Source of the DNA: Macrostomum hystrix
Taxonomy: Eukaryota; Animalia; Platyhelminthes
Assembly (NCBI GenBank): GCA_950097015.1
Contig: CATNEN010000008.1
Location: 2,170,001-2,234,000, forward strand
Direction of reading: 5' to 3'
Length of the DNA: 64,000 bases
Position 1 is the first letter of the stretch. Every line of letters starts with the position of its first letter. The notes under the pieces are model-generated. The model was given only the letters and a program-made list of their open reading frames with translations. It had not been told where the DNA came from and searched no databases. Of the stretch, positions 12,501-24,500 are shown in pieces. A program made the position numbers and the translations under genes.

Positions 12501-15500
12501 AGAATTGGGAGCGTGTGTGGGAAGGAAAGTGACTAGAATCGGGAGCGTGTGTGGGAAGGAGAGTGACTAGAATCGGGAGCGTGTGTGGGAAGGAGAGTGA
12601 CTAGAATCGGGAGTTTGTTGGGAAGGAGAGTGACTAGAATCGGGAGCGTGTGTGGGAAGGAGAGTGACTAGAATTGGGAGTTGGTGGGGAAGGAGAGTGA
12701 CTAGAATCGGGAGCGTGGGAGTGTACTCACTGATGTAGCCGTCAGTTAAGCTGTCGTTGAGAACACCAAATGCAATGCAGGGCATGAGGCAGGCAAAATA
12801 GAGGAAAAGGATTGTTGAGGCCACTTTGCGTATAGTTTTATTGTCGCGGAAAGCTGCAATTTTCGCGTTGGAGAAAGAAGTTAGAAAAGTGTAAATGTTT
12901 GACGTCATGCACAATATTCCTCTTGTTCTCAATCACTCACCGTCGATGTAGTCTGACGGGTAGTGAGATAGTCGCCTTTTGAAATCAGCTCGTATGCCAT
13001 TGCAAATAGGCCAGCTGCTCTCCTATTTGTTGGGGAATAAATTCCCAATGTATTATTAAGCATGAAAATATATGATAAGACGATACTGATACGATGTTCG
13101 AGTAGGCTGATCTAGCCAGTTAACTATTGTAGGCTACTCACGTTTTCAATCCCTTAAACTCTTCTTTTCATCTACCGTTCCGTTATTTACCCTCCTTTTT
13201 CTTTGTCTTGCCTCCCTTTATTATTGTCCCTTCAACCCTTCCCTTCAATCCTTCCCTTCAATCCTTCCCTTCAATCCTTCCCTTCAGCCCTTCCCTTCAA
13301 TCCTTCCCTTCAATCCTTCCCTTCAATCCTTCCCTTCAATCCTTCCCTTCAATCCTTCCCTTCAATCCTTCCCTTCAATCCTTCCTTTCAACCCTTCCCT
13401 TCAACCCTTCCCTTAAATCCTTCCCTTCAATCCTTCCCTTCAATCCTTCCCTTCAACCCTTCCCTTCAATCCCTCCCTTCAATCCTTCCCTTCAATCCTT
13501 CCCTTCAATCCTTCCCTTCAACCCTTCCCTTCAACCCTTCCCTTCAATCCTTCCCTTCAATCCTTCCCTTCAACCCTTCCCTTCAACCCTTCCCTTCAAT
13601 CCTTCCCTTCAATCCTTCCTTTCAATCCTTCCCTTCAACCCTTCCCTTCAATCCTTCCCTTAAATCGCTCCCTTCAATCCTTCCTTTCAATCCTTCCCTT
13701 CAACCCTTCCCTTCATCCCTTTAACTGCCGGCTCACATAGCTAAAAGCCTGCGACATGAAGTCCTTGGTTCGCAGACTTTTCCTTCTGTAGATCTTCTGC
13801 TCCTCGCCCAGCTCCTGCGCGTGGCCCTGCAGCATCTCCTTGAACTCGGCCTCCGTCTCCGCCAGCAGCAGCTTCTGCCGGAACTCGCTGTCTGCCAGGA
13901 TTGTGGCGAAGGTCCGGCCCAGCTCGATGTCGCTTTTGGTGCCTTTCTGTTTCAGTAATTGGCAAATGTGAGCTGTTCTCAGTTTGATGACAGGTTCCTT
14001 CTACTCAGATACTTATTTCTGCCACTTCCGTTCCTGAACCTTGGATCTCCAATCCTTTCATCTCCAATCCCTTCATCTTCAATCCCTTCATTTCCAATCC
14101 CTTCATCTCAAATCCCTTCATCTTCAATCCCTTCATTCCCAATCCCTTCATCTCAAATCCCTTCATCCCCAATCTCCCAGTTCCCCAATCTGCCAGTTCC
14201 CCAATCTCCCAGTTCTCCAATCTCCCAGTTCCCCAATCTGCCAGTTCCCCAATCTCCCAGTTCCCCAATCTGCCAGTTCCCCAATCTCCCAGTTCCCCAA
14301 TCTGCCAGTTCCCCAATCTCCCAGTTCCCCAATCTCCCAGTTCTCCAATCTCCCAGTTCCCCAATCTGCCAGTTCCCCAATCTTCCAGTTCCCCAATCTC
14401 CTAGTTCCCCAATCTCGCCTCTTTGGTCGGTGTGACCACCAGCAGAATGAAGCTGACGCCCTCGGACGATCGGCCCAGATTAACTGGTGTGCTCAGCCGA
14501 GCAATGGCCACGTGCCGCTTGTGTACACCGCTGAGAGAACACCTGCCGGATGGGGATTTCAAAGGCGAATTCGATCGATCAATTTATCTATCCCCTTCAG
14601 CGATCCCCTTTGTTTGACCTTCTATCAATGGTTCCTTTCAAGTACTCCCTTTCAATCCTTCATCTACCTCCCTTCAATCCTTCATCCACCTCCCTTCAAT
14701 CCTTCATCTATCTCCCTTCAATCCTTCATCTACCTCCCTTCAATCCTTCATCTACCTCCCTTCAATACTTCATCTACCTCCCTTCAATCCTTCATCTACC
14801 TCCCTTCAATCCTTCATCTACCTCCCTTCAATCCTTCATCTACCTCCCTTCAATCCTTCATCTATCTCCCTTCAATCCTTCATCCACCTCCCTTCAATCC
14901 TTCATCTATCTCCCTTCAATCCTTCATCTACCTCCCTTCAATCCTTCATCTACCTCCCTTCAATCCTTCATCTACCTCCCTTCAATCCTTCATCTATCTC
15001 CCTTCAATCCTTCATCTATCTCCCTTCAATCCTTCTTTATCTGCCTTCCTTCGACCTTCATCTGACCTACATTCGACCCTTCATCAATCTGCCTTCGAAG
15101 ATTCCTTTGTCGGATCATATTTTGATTGAAAAGAAAAAAAAGTAATAAAATGTAGGTCGCTTGTCTCACATTGTGCATAGCCAGCTATTGTCTGTGATGA
15201 GGCCTTCGCTATCCACAACTGAGATGCTTTTGATAGTCTTTGCTAGGCGTTGATCTGCGGAGCCAAGAATGAAAAGTGCGAGATTCAGCTTAGGGAGATA
15301 CTCGGAAGCCAAGCAACACAATGTCCGTGCACTTTAGTCTAATTGGAGATTGGCATTGATACCAGCCGGGGGGGAAGATAGCAGCTCCGGATTGGGAAGA
15401 AATCTCCTAGTACAATTTGAGGGAAATCCTAAAAAAGGGCAATGCAAACAGCACTGACACTAATAGGCTTAGAGCTGAATGGGAGGTGAATAGTCTTGCA

Positions 15501-18500
15501 ATATTGAATCCCTTTCTTCTAGCGGAATCAGACAAATGCGGCCGCGTAAAGGCCTGAAAAAAAATACTTGTTGTCGGATTCTTTTTCTTGACGAGAGATT
15601 AATTTACTCTGGTTTAAGAAGAAGCATGGAAGGAGGGAGGGAGGGAGGGAAGGAAGGAAGGAAGGAAGGAAGGAAGGGAGGAAGGAAGGAAGGAAGGAAG
15701 GATGGATGGAAGGAAGGAAGGATGGATGGAAGGAAGGAAGGAAGGAAGGAAGGAAGGAAGGAAGGAAGGAAGGAAGGAAGGAAGGAAGGCAGGAAGGAAG
15801 AAAGGAAGAAAGGAAGGCAGGAAGGAAGGAAGGAAGGAAGGAAGGAAGGAAGGAAGGTGGTTGGCAAAGCTGTTAGGAACATGTCAACTGGCAACTCACA
15901 GGTGTAATCCATCCAAGTGGCCTGCAGAAACAGTGTCTTTTTGGCCTCCTGAACTTTTCCATCCAGTCGGGGGTCGGAGGCGCCGGCCGCACCCGCCACG
16001 GAGCTGCCGTCCCCGCCGCCGCCCCCGCCGCCCCCGCCGCCCCCGCCGCCCCCGCCGCCCCCAGAATGCGCCTCTTGATCGGCCCGGAAAATCGATCGCA
16101 GCATCTGTTCGATGATGCATTCCACATTGGCGCCCTCCACATCCAACAGCAGGGTGGCCTCCTTCAAGAAGCGCTGAATGTCCATGTTGGCCCGGATCTC
16201 GCTGCTGAAGTCTTTCAGTGGGATTTTCTGCGAGTGGACGGAGACGGATTCATCAGAATAGAATGGCAGGGAGTCACTGGGTGTCAGGGACGGGAAGATC
16301 CACAACCACAGTGGCTTACCTCAAGCCGAGAGACAACTAGGCAGGGCAGGGATTCGTCTGAAATTAAGAAGGAAATGTTTTTAATTACATTAGAAAATTT
16401 ACTCTACATTATTTTCGCATGTCGCAGTCGGGTAAGAATAGTCAATTAGTTTCTACTCGTTGTTAGTCACGAAATGGCGATTCCACGTTATTTATCAGTT
16501 GTATTGTTTGCTAACCATTTTTTTATTTTACCTTTAACAAACGGAAATTTAATTCGGTACTTCTGCATAATCTCTCCGTTAATAATAAATAATAACTGCA
16601 GGAGGGCTGCGGGCAATGGCACATCATTTGGTGACACTAGACCTGGAGGCAATTCTGCCCATTTCACTGATTCCTGAGCACACACTCACACAGGTGTGTA
16701 CACCTGCCCTGACTTTCTCATCGTCAGGCAGTGTACACTCTCACTGTGCCTTGGACGTTGGCAGTCAAGGACGTAAATTGCACGACAAGCCCCCAAGCCT
16801 TCTCTCCGCGGCTGCGCCCCAAATGAATGTGGCCTCGCCGCGGAATCGAGCTCAGGGACCTTGGCAAACGCTCTGCCACCCACCCCCCCTGATTTCTCCG
16901 TTGCTTTCTTCGCAGACACTTAGCGAACTAAAATCTAGTTTTTTCCCTTACGAATCCGCCCGGACACAATGGCCAATTTCGGTCTCTGGTGCACAGGTGA
17001 CACGTCCGACCGCGTCAGCGAGCCGCTCGCCAAGAACAGCCCGGCGGTGGCTGCCGCGGCCAGAACCGCGTGATTAACGGAGGAGGAGCCGCTACTCTCT
17101 GCCCGACAGTCGGCTTGCTGTTTCGCGGCCTCTGGCGGACTTTTTTGAATCAGTCCCAGCTCTAAGGATGGGTTGCTGTGCATTCTTTGGCTTAGCAATC
17201 AGCAATTAATCCGTACAATCTTTTTGTTGGCAAAATTTTTCAGCTAATATCTAAGGCGAGACTTTTCTCTGCTAGGCAGCCAACCAGAAATTACGATCTT
17301 CTATGATTGGCTGCTGCACGTTTCTTCTCCAATGCGAGATGAGGATAGAATTGTATTCAAGGAGAAATCCGCTGTAATACTGTTGCTACTATGCAAGCAT
17401 TGGCGCATAGCACAAATTGACGAGAGTAAATATGACTGTCCTTTCATTTATATATGAGATATTACCCTTGAGTAGCTCTGAGATTATCCATCAGCTGTAG
17501 GGATGAGATTATCATTGAGAGTAGCTATGAGATTATCATTGAGAGTAGCTATGAGATTATCCTTGAGAGTAGCTATGAGATTATCCTTGAGAGTAGCTAT
17601 GAGATTATTCTTGAGAGTAGCTATGAGATTATCCTTGAGAGTAGCTATGAGATTATTCAAGAGAGTAGCTATGAGATTATCCTTGAGAGTAGCTATGAGA
17701 TTATCCTTGAGAGTAGCTATGAGATTATCCTTGAGAGTAGCTATGAGATTATTCAAGAGAGTAGCTATGAGATTATCCTTGAGAGTAGCTATGAGATTAT
17801 TCAAGAGAGTAGCTATGAGATTATCCTTTAGAGTAGCTATGAGATTATTCAAGAGAGTAGCTATGAGATTATCCTTGAGAGTAGCTATGAGATTATTCAA
17901 GAGAGTAGCTATGAGATTATCCTTTAGAGTAGCTATGAGATTATTCAAGAGAGTAGCTATGAGATTATCCTTTAGAGTAGCTATGAGATTATTCAAGAGA
18001 GTAGCTATGAGATTATCCTTGAGAGTAGCTATGAGATTATTCAAGAGAGTAGCTATGAGATTATTCAAGAAAGTAGCTATGAGATTATTCAAGAGAGTAG
18101 CTATGAGATTATCCTTGAGAGTAGCTATGAGATTATTCAAGAGAGTAGCTATGAGATTATTCAAGAGAGTAGCTATGAGATTATCCTTGAGAGTAGCTAT
18201 GAGATTATTCAAGAGAGTAGCTATGAGATTATCCTTAAGAGTAGCTATGAGATTATTCAAGAGAGTAGCTATGAGATTATCCTTGAGAGTAGCTATGAGA
18301 TTATTCAAGAGATTAGCTATGAGATTATCCTTGAGAGTAGCTATGAGATTATCCTTTAGAGCCAAGGATACAGGGAGAGTAGCCATGTGGATAGTGCGTC
18401 GGACTCACGACTTGAAGGTCCGGGATTCGATTCCGAACTCCACTGGAATCTAACTCCATTGTGTCACTTAGCTAGGACACCTAACTCTGCATTGCCTCAG

Positions 18501-21500
18501 TTCACCCAGCTGTTAAATGGGTACCAGTATTAGCTGGGATAATTGAAGGTGGGTGTGGCGTCCCCCCAGTCCATGGACTGAACAGCTGTACGCAGCCTTC
18601 AGATGCGCCGCGCAATAGTTGCCTCTGTGCTGTCAGCTACAGATCTGGACCAACTGGGCAGGTGCAATGAGTTATTATTATGAAATTATCTCAAAGAAGC
18701 AGTAATAGTGACGTATCAAACAGAATGTTTTCCTCTTAGTCTACTTTCAGTAGTCACTAAGGCATTGCAGCGAATAAAACAATTGCTTATCCCCGAAGTG
18801 AAGAGACATTATTCGGGCCCCGAAATGGGACGATAACATAAGATTAGTTGGCAGTGCAGTTTGGCTACATTTCCACCCCCAAATCAATTTTAACTGTGTA
18901 CTTTTGCCTTCACGGCTGACTAAACAGGCGATTTTTTTTCATTTGATTTAGGCAGAAAAAAAATAAACGGGAATTCATTTTCTTGGCTGGCTTCTATAAC
19001 AACTGGGCTTGCAAGCTAATGCTCACGGTGTTGCTAGAAGGTAATGGCCCGGGTCATTTGATTAAACTCATTGGCCCTGGTCTGCCTCCGACAGCTGAGT
19101 TGTATAGAGATTTCAATTAAGGAGAAGGAGAGGAAAGAGAGAAGGGATGGTGAAGAGATGAGGCACGAGAGAGATGACGCACGGCGGGGATGAGACAGGG
19201 AAGAGATGGGACAGGGGAGGATGGGACAGGGGAGAGATGAAACAGGGGAGAGATGAGACAGGGGAGAGATAAGACAGAGGAGGATGGGACAGGGGAGGAT
19301 GGGACAGGGGAGAGATGAGACAGGGGAGGATGGGACAGGGGAGGATGGGACAGGGGAGAGATGAAACAGGGGAGAGATGAGACAGGGGAGAGATAAGACA
19401 GAGGAGGATGGGACAGGGGAGGATGGGACAGGGGAGAGATGAGACAGGGGAGGATGGGACAGGGGAGGATGGGACAGGGGAGAGATGAAACAGGGGAGAG
19501 ATGAGACAGGGGAGAGATAAGACAGAGGAGGATGGGACAGGGGAGGATGGGACAGGGGAGAGATGAGACAGGGGAGGATGGGACAGGGGAGGATGGGACA
19601 GGGGAGAGATGAGACAGGGGAGGATGGGACAGGGCAGGATGGGACAGGGGAGAGATAAAACAGGGGAGAGATGAGACAGGGGAGAGAGGAGACAGGCGAG
19701 GATGGGGCAGGGGAGTGATGAGACAGGGGAGGATGGGACAGGGGAGATAAGAAAGGGGAGAGATGAGACAGGGGAGAAATGGGACAGGGGAGAGATAAGA
19801 CAGGGGAGATAAGACAGGGGAGAGATGGGACAGGGGAGAGATGAGACGGAAGGATGGGACAGGGGAGATGAGACAGGGGAGATGAGACTGGGTAGAAATG
19901 AGACTGGGGAGAGATGAGACTGGGGAGAGATGAGACTGGGGAGAGATGAGACTGGGAAGAGATGAGTTTGGGGAGAGATGAGACAACGGAGAGATGAGAC
20001 AGGGCAGAGATGAGACAGGGGAGAGATGAGACAGGGGAGAGATGAGACAGGGGAGAGATGGGACAGGGGAGAGATGAGACGGGAGGATGGGACAGGGGAG
20101 ATGAGACAGGGGAGAGATGAGACTGGGTAGAGATGAGACAGGGGAGAGATGAGACAGGGGAGGATGGGACAGGGCAGGATGGGACAGGGGAGAGATAAAA
20201 CAGGGGAGAGATGAGACAGGGGAGAGAGGAGACAGGCGAGGATGGGGCAGGGGAGTGATGAGACAGGGGAGGATGGGACAGGGGAGATAAGAAAGGGGAG
20301 AGATGAGACAGGGGAGAAATGGGACAGGGGAGAGATAAGACAGGGGAGATAAGACAGGGGAGAGATGGGACAGGGGAGAGATGAGACGGAAGGATGGGAC
20401 AGGGGAGATGAGACAGGGGAGAGATGAGACTGGGTAGAAATGAGACAGGGGAGAGATGAGACTGGGGAGAGATGAGACTGGGGAGAGATGAGACTGGGGA
20501 GAGATGAGTTTGGGGAGAGATGAGACAACGGAGAGATGAGACAGGGGAGAGATGAGACAGGGGAGAGATGAGACAGGGGAGAGATGAGACAGGGGAGAGA
20601 TGGGACAGGGGAGAGATGAGACGGGAGGATGGGACAGGGGAGATGAGACAGGGGAGAGATGAGACTGGGTAGAGATGAGACAGGGGAGAGATGAGACTGG
20701 GGAGAGATGAGACTGGGGAGAGATGAGACAGGGGAGAGATGAGACAGGGGAGAGATAAGACAGGGGAGAGATGAAACAGGGGAGAGATGAGACAGGGGAG
20801 AGATAGGACAGGGGAGAGATGAGACAAGGAGGAGATGAGACAGGGGGGAGATGAGACAGGGGAGAGATGAGACAGGGGAGGATGGGAGAGGGGAGATGAG
20901 ACAGGGGAGAGATAGGACAGGGGAGAGATAGGACAGGGGAGAGATGAGACAAGGAGGAGATGAGACAGGGGGGAGATTAGACAGGGGAGGATGGGACAGG
21001 GGGGATAAGACAGGGGAGAGATGAGACAGGGGAGAGATAGGACAGGGGAGAGATGAGACAAGGAGGAGATTAGACAGGGGGGGATGAGACAGGGGGGAGA
21101 TGAAACAGGGGAGAGATGAGACAGGGGAGAGATGAGACAGGGGAGAGATAAGACAGGGGAGAGATGAAACAGGGGAGAGATGAGACAGGGGAGAGATAGG
21201 ACAGGGGAGATGAGACAGTGGAGAGATAGGACAGGGGAGAGATGAGACAAGGAGGAGATGAGACAGGGGGGAGATTAGACAGGGGAGGATGGGACAGGGG
21301 GGATAAGACAGGGGAGAGATGAGACAAAGAGGGGATTAGACAGGGGGGGATGAGACAGGGGGGAGATGAAACAGGGGAGAGATGAGACAGGGGAGAGATG
21401 AGACAGGGGAGAGATAAGACAGGGGAGAGATGAAACAGGGGAGAGATGAGACAGGGGAGAGATAGGACAGGGGAGAGATGAGACAAGGAGGAGATTAGAC

Positions 21501-24500
21501 AGGGGGGGATGAGACAGGGGGGAGATGAAACAGGGGAGAGATGAGACAGGGGAGAGATGAGACAGGGGAGAGATAAGACAGGGGAGAGATGAGACAGGGG
21601 AGAGATAAGACAGGGGAGAGATGAAACAGGGGAGAGATGAGACAGGGGAGAGATAGGACAGGGGAGAGATGAGACAAGGAGGAGATTAGACAGGGGGGGA
21701 TGAGACAGGGGGGAGATGAAACAGGGGAGAGATGAGACAGGGGAGAGATGAGACAGGGGAGAGATAAGACAGGGGAGAGATGAAACAGGGGAGAGATGAG
21801 ACAGGGGAGAGATAGGACAGGGGAGATGAGACAGTGGAGAGATAGGACAGGGGAGAGATGAGACAAGGAGGAGATGAGACAGGGGGGAGATTAGACAGGG
21901 GAGGATGGGACAGGGGGGATAAGACAGGGGAGAGATGAGACAAGGAGGAGATTAGACAGGGGGGGATGAGACAGGGGGGAGATGAAACAGGGGAGAGATG
22001 AGACAGGGGAGAGATGAGACAGGGGAGAGATAAGACAGGGGAGAGATGAAACAGGGGAGAGATGAGACAGGGGAGAGATAGGACAGGGGAGAGATGAGAC
22101 AAGGAGGAGATTAGACAGGGGGGGATGAGACAGGGGGGAGATGAAACAGGGGAGAGATGAGACAGGGGAGAGATGAGACAGGGGAGAGATAAGACAGGGG
22201 AGAGATGAGACAGGGGAGAGATAAGACAGGGGAGAGATGAAACAGGGGAGAGATGAGACAGGGGAGAGATAGGACAGGGGAGAGATGAGACAAGGAGGAG
22301 ATGAGACAGGGGGGAGATGAAACAGGGGAGAGATGAGACAGGGGAGGATGGGACAGGGGAGATGAGACAGTGGAGAGATAGGACAGGGGAGAGATGAGAC
22401 AAGGAGGAGATTAGACAGGGGGGAGATGAGACAGGGGGGAGATAAGACAGGGGAGAGATGAGACATGGGAGCAAGGATCTTAAAGACAGACGCAAGCAGG
22501 GAGCTATTAGTTAAACACGGTTAGAAGGGTCACGGTGATCTCTGAGTGAGAAGGTTGGTGAAAATAAAAGTCAGTCAGAGAGAATAATAAATGTTAAAAT
22601 CAGTGCGAGAGATTTAGTCAGAGTCTGAGAGTCGGGACTATTTGAGCAGGTCCTGTCAGAGACTAGCGAGTTAAGCTTGTCGTCGTCTGGTCGGCTGAGG
22701 CGGCTTTGTGACGAAAAATGAGCGGGGAATCGATGGGGGATAATGCATTTTGTCATAGCTGGTCCGCCCTTCCCCCTCCCTGATCCCGGATCCCACAGTC
22801 TCTCCCCGCAGCCTCAATTCCAAAATTCGCTTTATGCACCCACCTAAACGGCTTCTGCTGTTGCTGCTTTCACGTCGTTGAGATGGCTTTGGGATTTCAA
22901 CACAGGTTGGGAAAAATGGGGGAGCTTAGTTTGACCGTTCAGATTGGGAGAAGTTTGGGGTGGTTTTGAGAAAATAGGGGAGACGAGCGGAGATGGATAT
23001 CAAGGTCTTTCGCATCGGGCTCAAGTTAAAGTACAAACTGTGTTTTTTAACTATGTGAGTTTGGCTTCTGAGGGTCTATCGAGAAATTTCCTCTAATGCT
23101 TCACCCTTCATTTCCTCTAAAGCTCAATTTTCATCTGGCTCTTTCCTATCTCACTCTTTCTCCCTTTTACTTAATCATTCTACCCCTCATTTTATTCTTT
23201 CTCCCCTTAATCTCACTCATAATACCCCTCGGGAGAGTGGCAGAGCGGTTAACCCGTTCGCCTCTCGCACCAAGGTCCCTGAGCTCGATTCCGCGGCGAG
23301 GCCACATTCATTTGGGGCGCAGCCCCGGAGAGAAGGCTTGGGGGCTTGTCGTGCAATTTACGCCCTTCAGGGCCAACCTCCAAGGCACAGTGAGAGTGCA
23401 CACTGCCTGACGATGAGAAAGTCAGGGCAGATGTACACACCTGTGTGAGCGTATGCCTGCGTACAGTATCTGTGTGCGTGTGTGCTCAGGAGTCAGCGAA
23501 ATGAGCAGAGCTGCCTCCTCGCTGGCTGCGGGTCTAGTGTCACCAAATGATGTTCCATTGCCCGCAGCCCTCCTGCAGTTATTATTGTTATTAACGGAGA
23601 GATTATGCAGAAGTACCGAAATAAATTTCCGTTTGTTAATGGTAAAATACAAAAAATGGTTAGCAAACAATACAACTGACAAGTAACGTGGAATCGCCAT
23701 TTCGTGACTAATTTAGTCCTGTGTGTGACAGAAATGAATAAATAAATTGTAAAAAATTGATAAACCCAAGTCCAACCATTGAGTTCAGCTACTCAAGCCC
23801 ACGATTATCTGAGGTGAAATTTAATTTTTCAGAAACCACCGAATGCATGCTAGAACAGTCTTGATATCTGGATGTACTTTTATGAAATACTGCTCAGTCA
23901 GCTGTACGGAAATTGCCAACTGTCTGTGAGGAAAATAGGTTTGTTCCATTTTTTACATCTAAATTATCAGATGGGCCTTGTCTGTGTCAGTGAATTTTCT
24001 GTGTTCTGAGACTGACCTCCTGGATGAGACAGGAGCAGACAGTTTGAGTCCGTCGTTTGAGTTTGAGTCGCCAACACAATCAGTGCAGAGGAAGACACAG
24101 GAAATTTGCGGGGATATTGGCTCTGGATTTCTTCCAGTGCCTCTCAAATTTATCCTCTTCAACATTTTCCGTTTACCTCGATATGCGCTAAGGGACGAAT
24201 AATCGAAAAAAATTATTCCCAAACACGAAAATCCCCGCCTATAGCCGCTGGACTTAATCTCACACATATAATAAATCCCTTCTCAGGGTCTCAATCCAGT
24301 CCTCAGCTGGTTGACCGGGGGCGCCCATTAAAAACTCTGAGCAGCTCGCACCCCAGAATTTTCTCACCGACTACTACTCGGCCAGATGAGGATCGAAGAT
24401 TGGGATTAGCGATTAAGGAGAACGGACTCCGATCTCTTTGTGCAATGGTCACGGAACAAAAATAACAAAGAGACTAAAAAGTTCACGGCAAATGTTTTTG

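Noticed and set aside
18373-18450. Functional tRNA genes at SINE heads (also 23231, 40570, 62564)
   Set aside because: Acceptor and anticodon stems are broken, and each head continues into a shared SINE body with a tail and, in two cases, a TSD.
19034-22495. Long ORFs of up to 738 aa, and similar ORFs at 7340, 8299, 13203, 14041, 17484, 26625, 31314, 34264, 47549 and 53662
   Set aside because: They are translations of stop-free tandem repeats, open in several frames and often on both strands, with no protein-like complexity.
23959-24267. Extra SLC4A11 exon (acceptor-like CATCCAG near 24020)
   Set aside because: All three frames after the acceptor hit a stop before a convincing donor.
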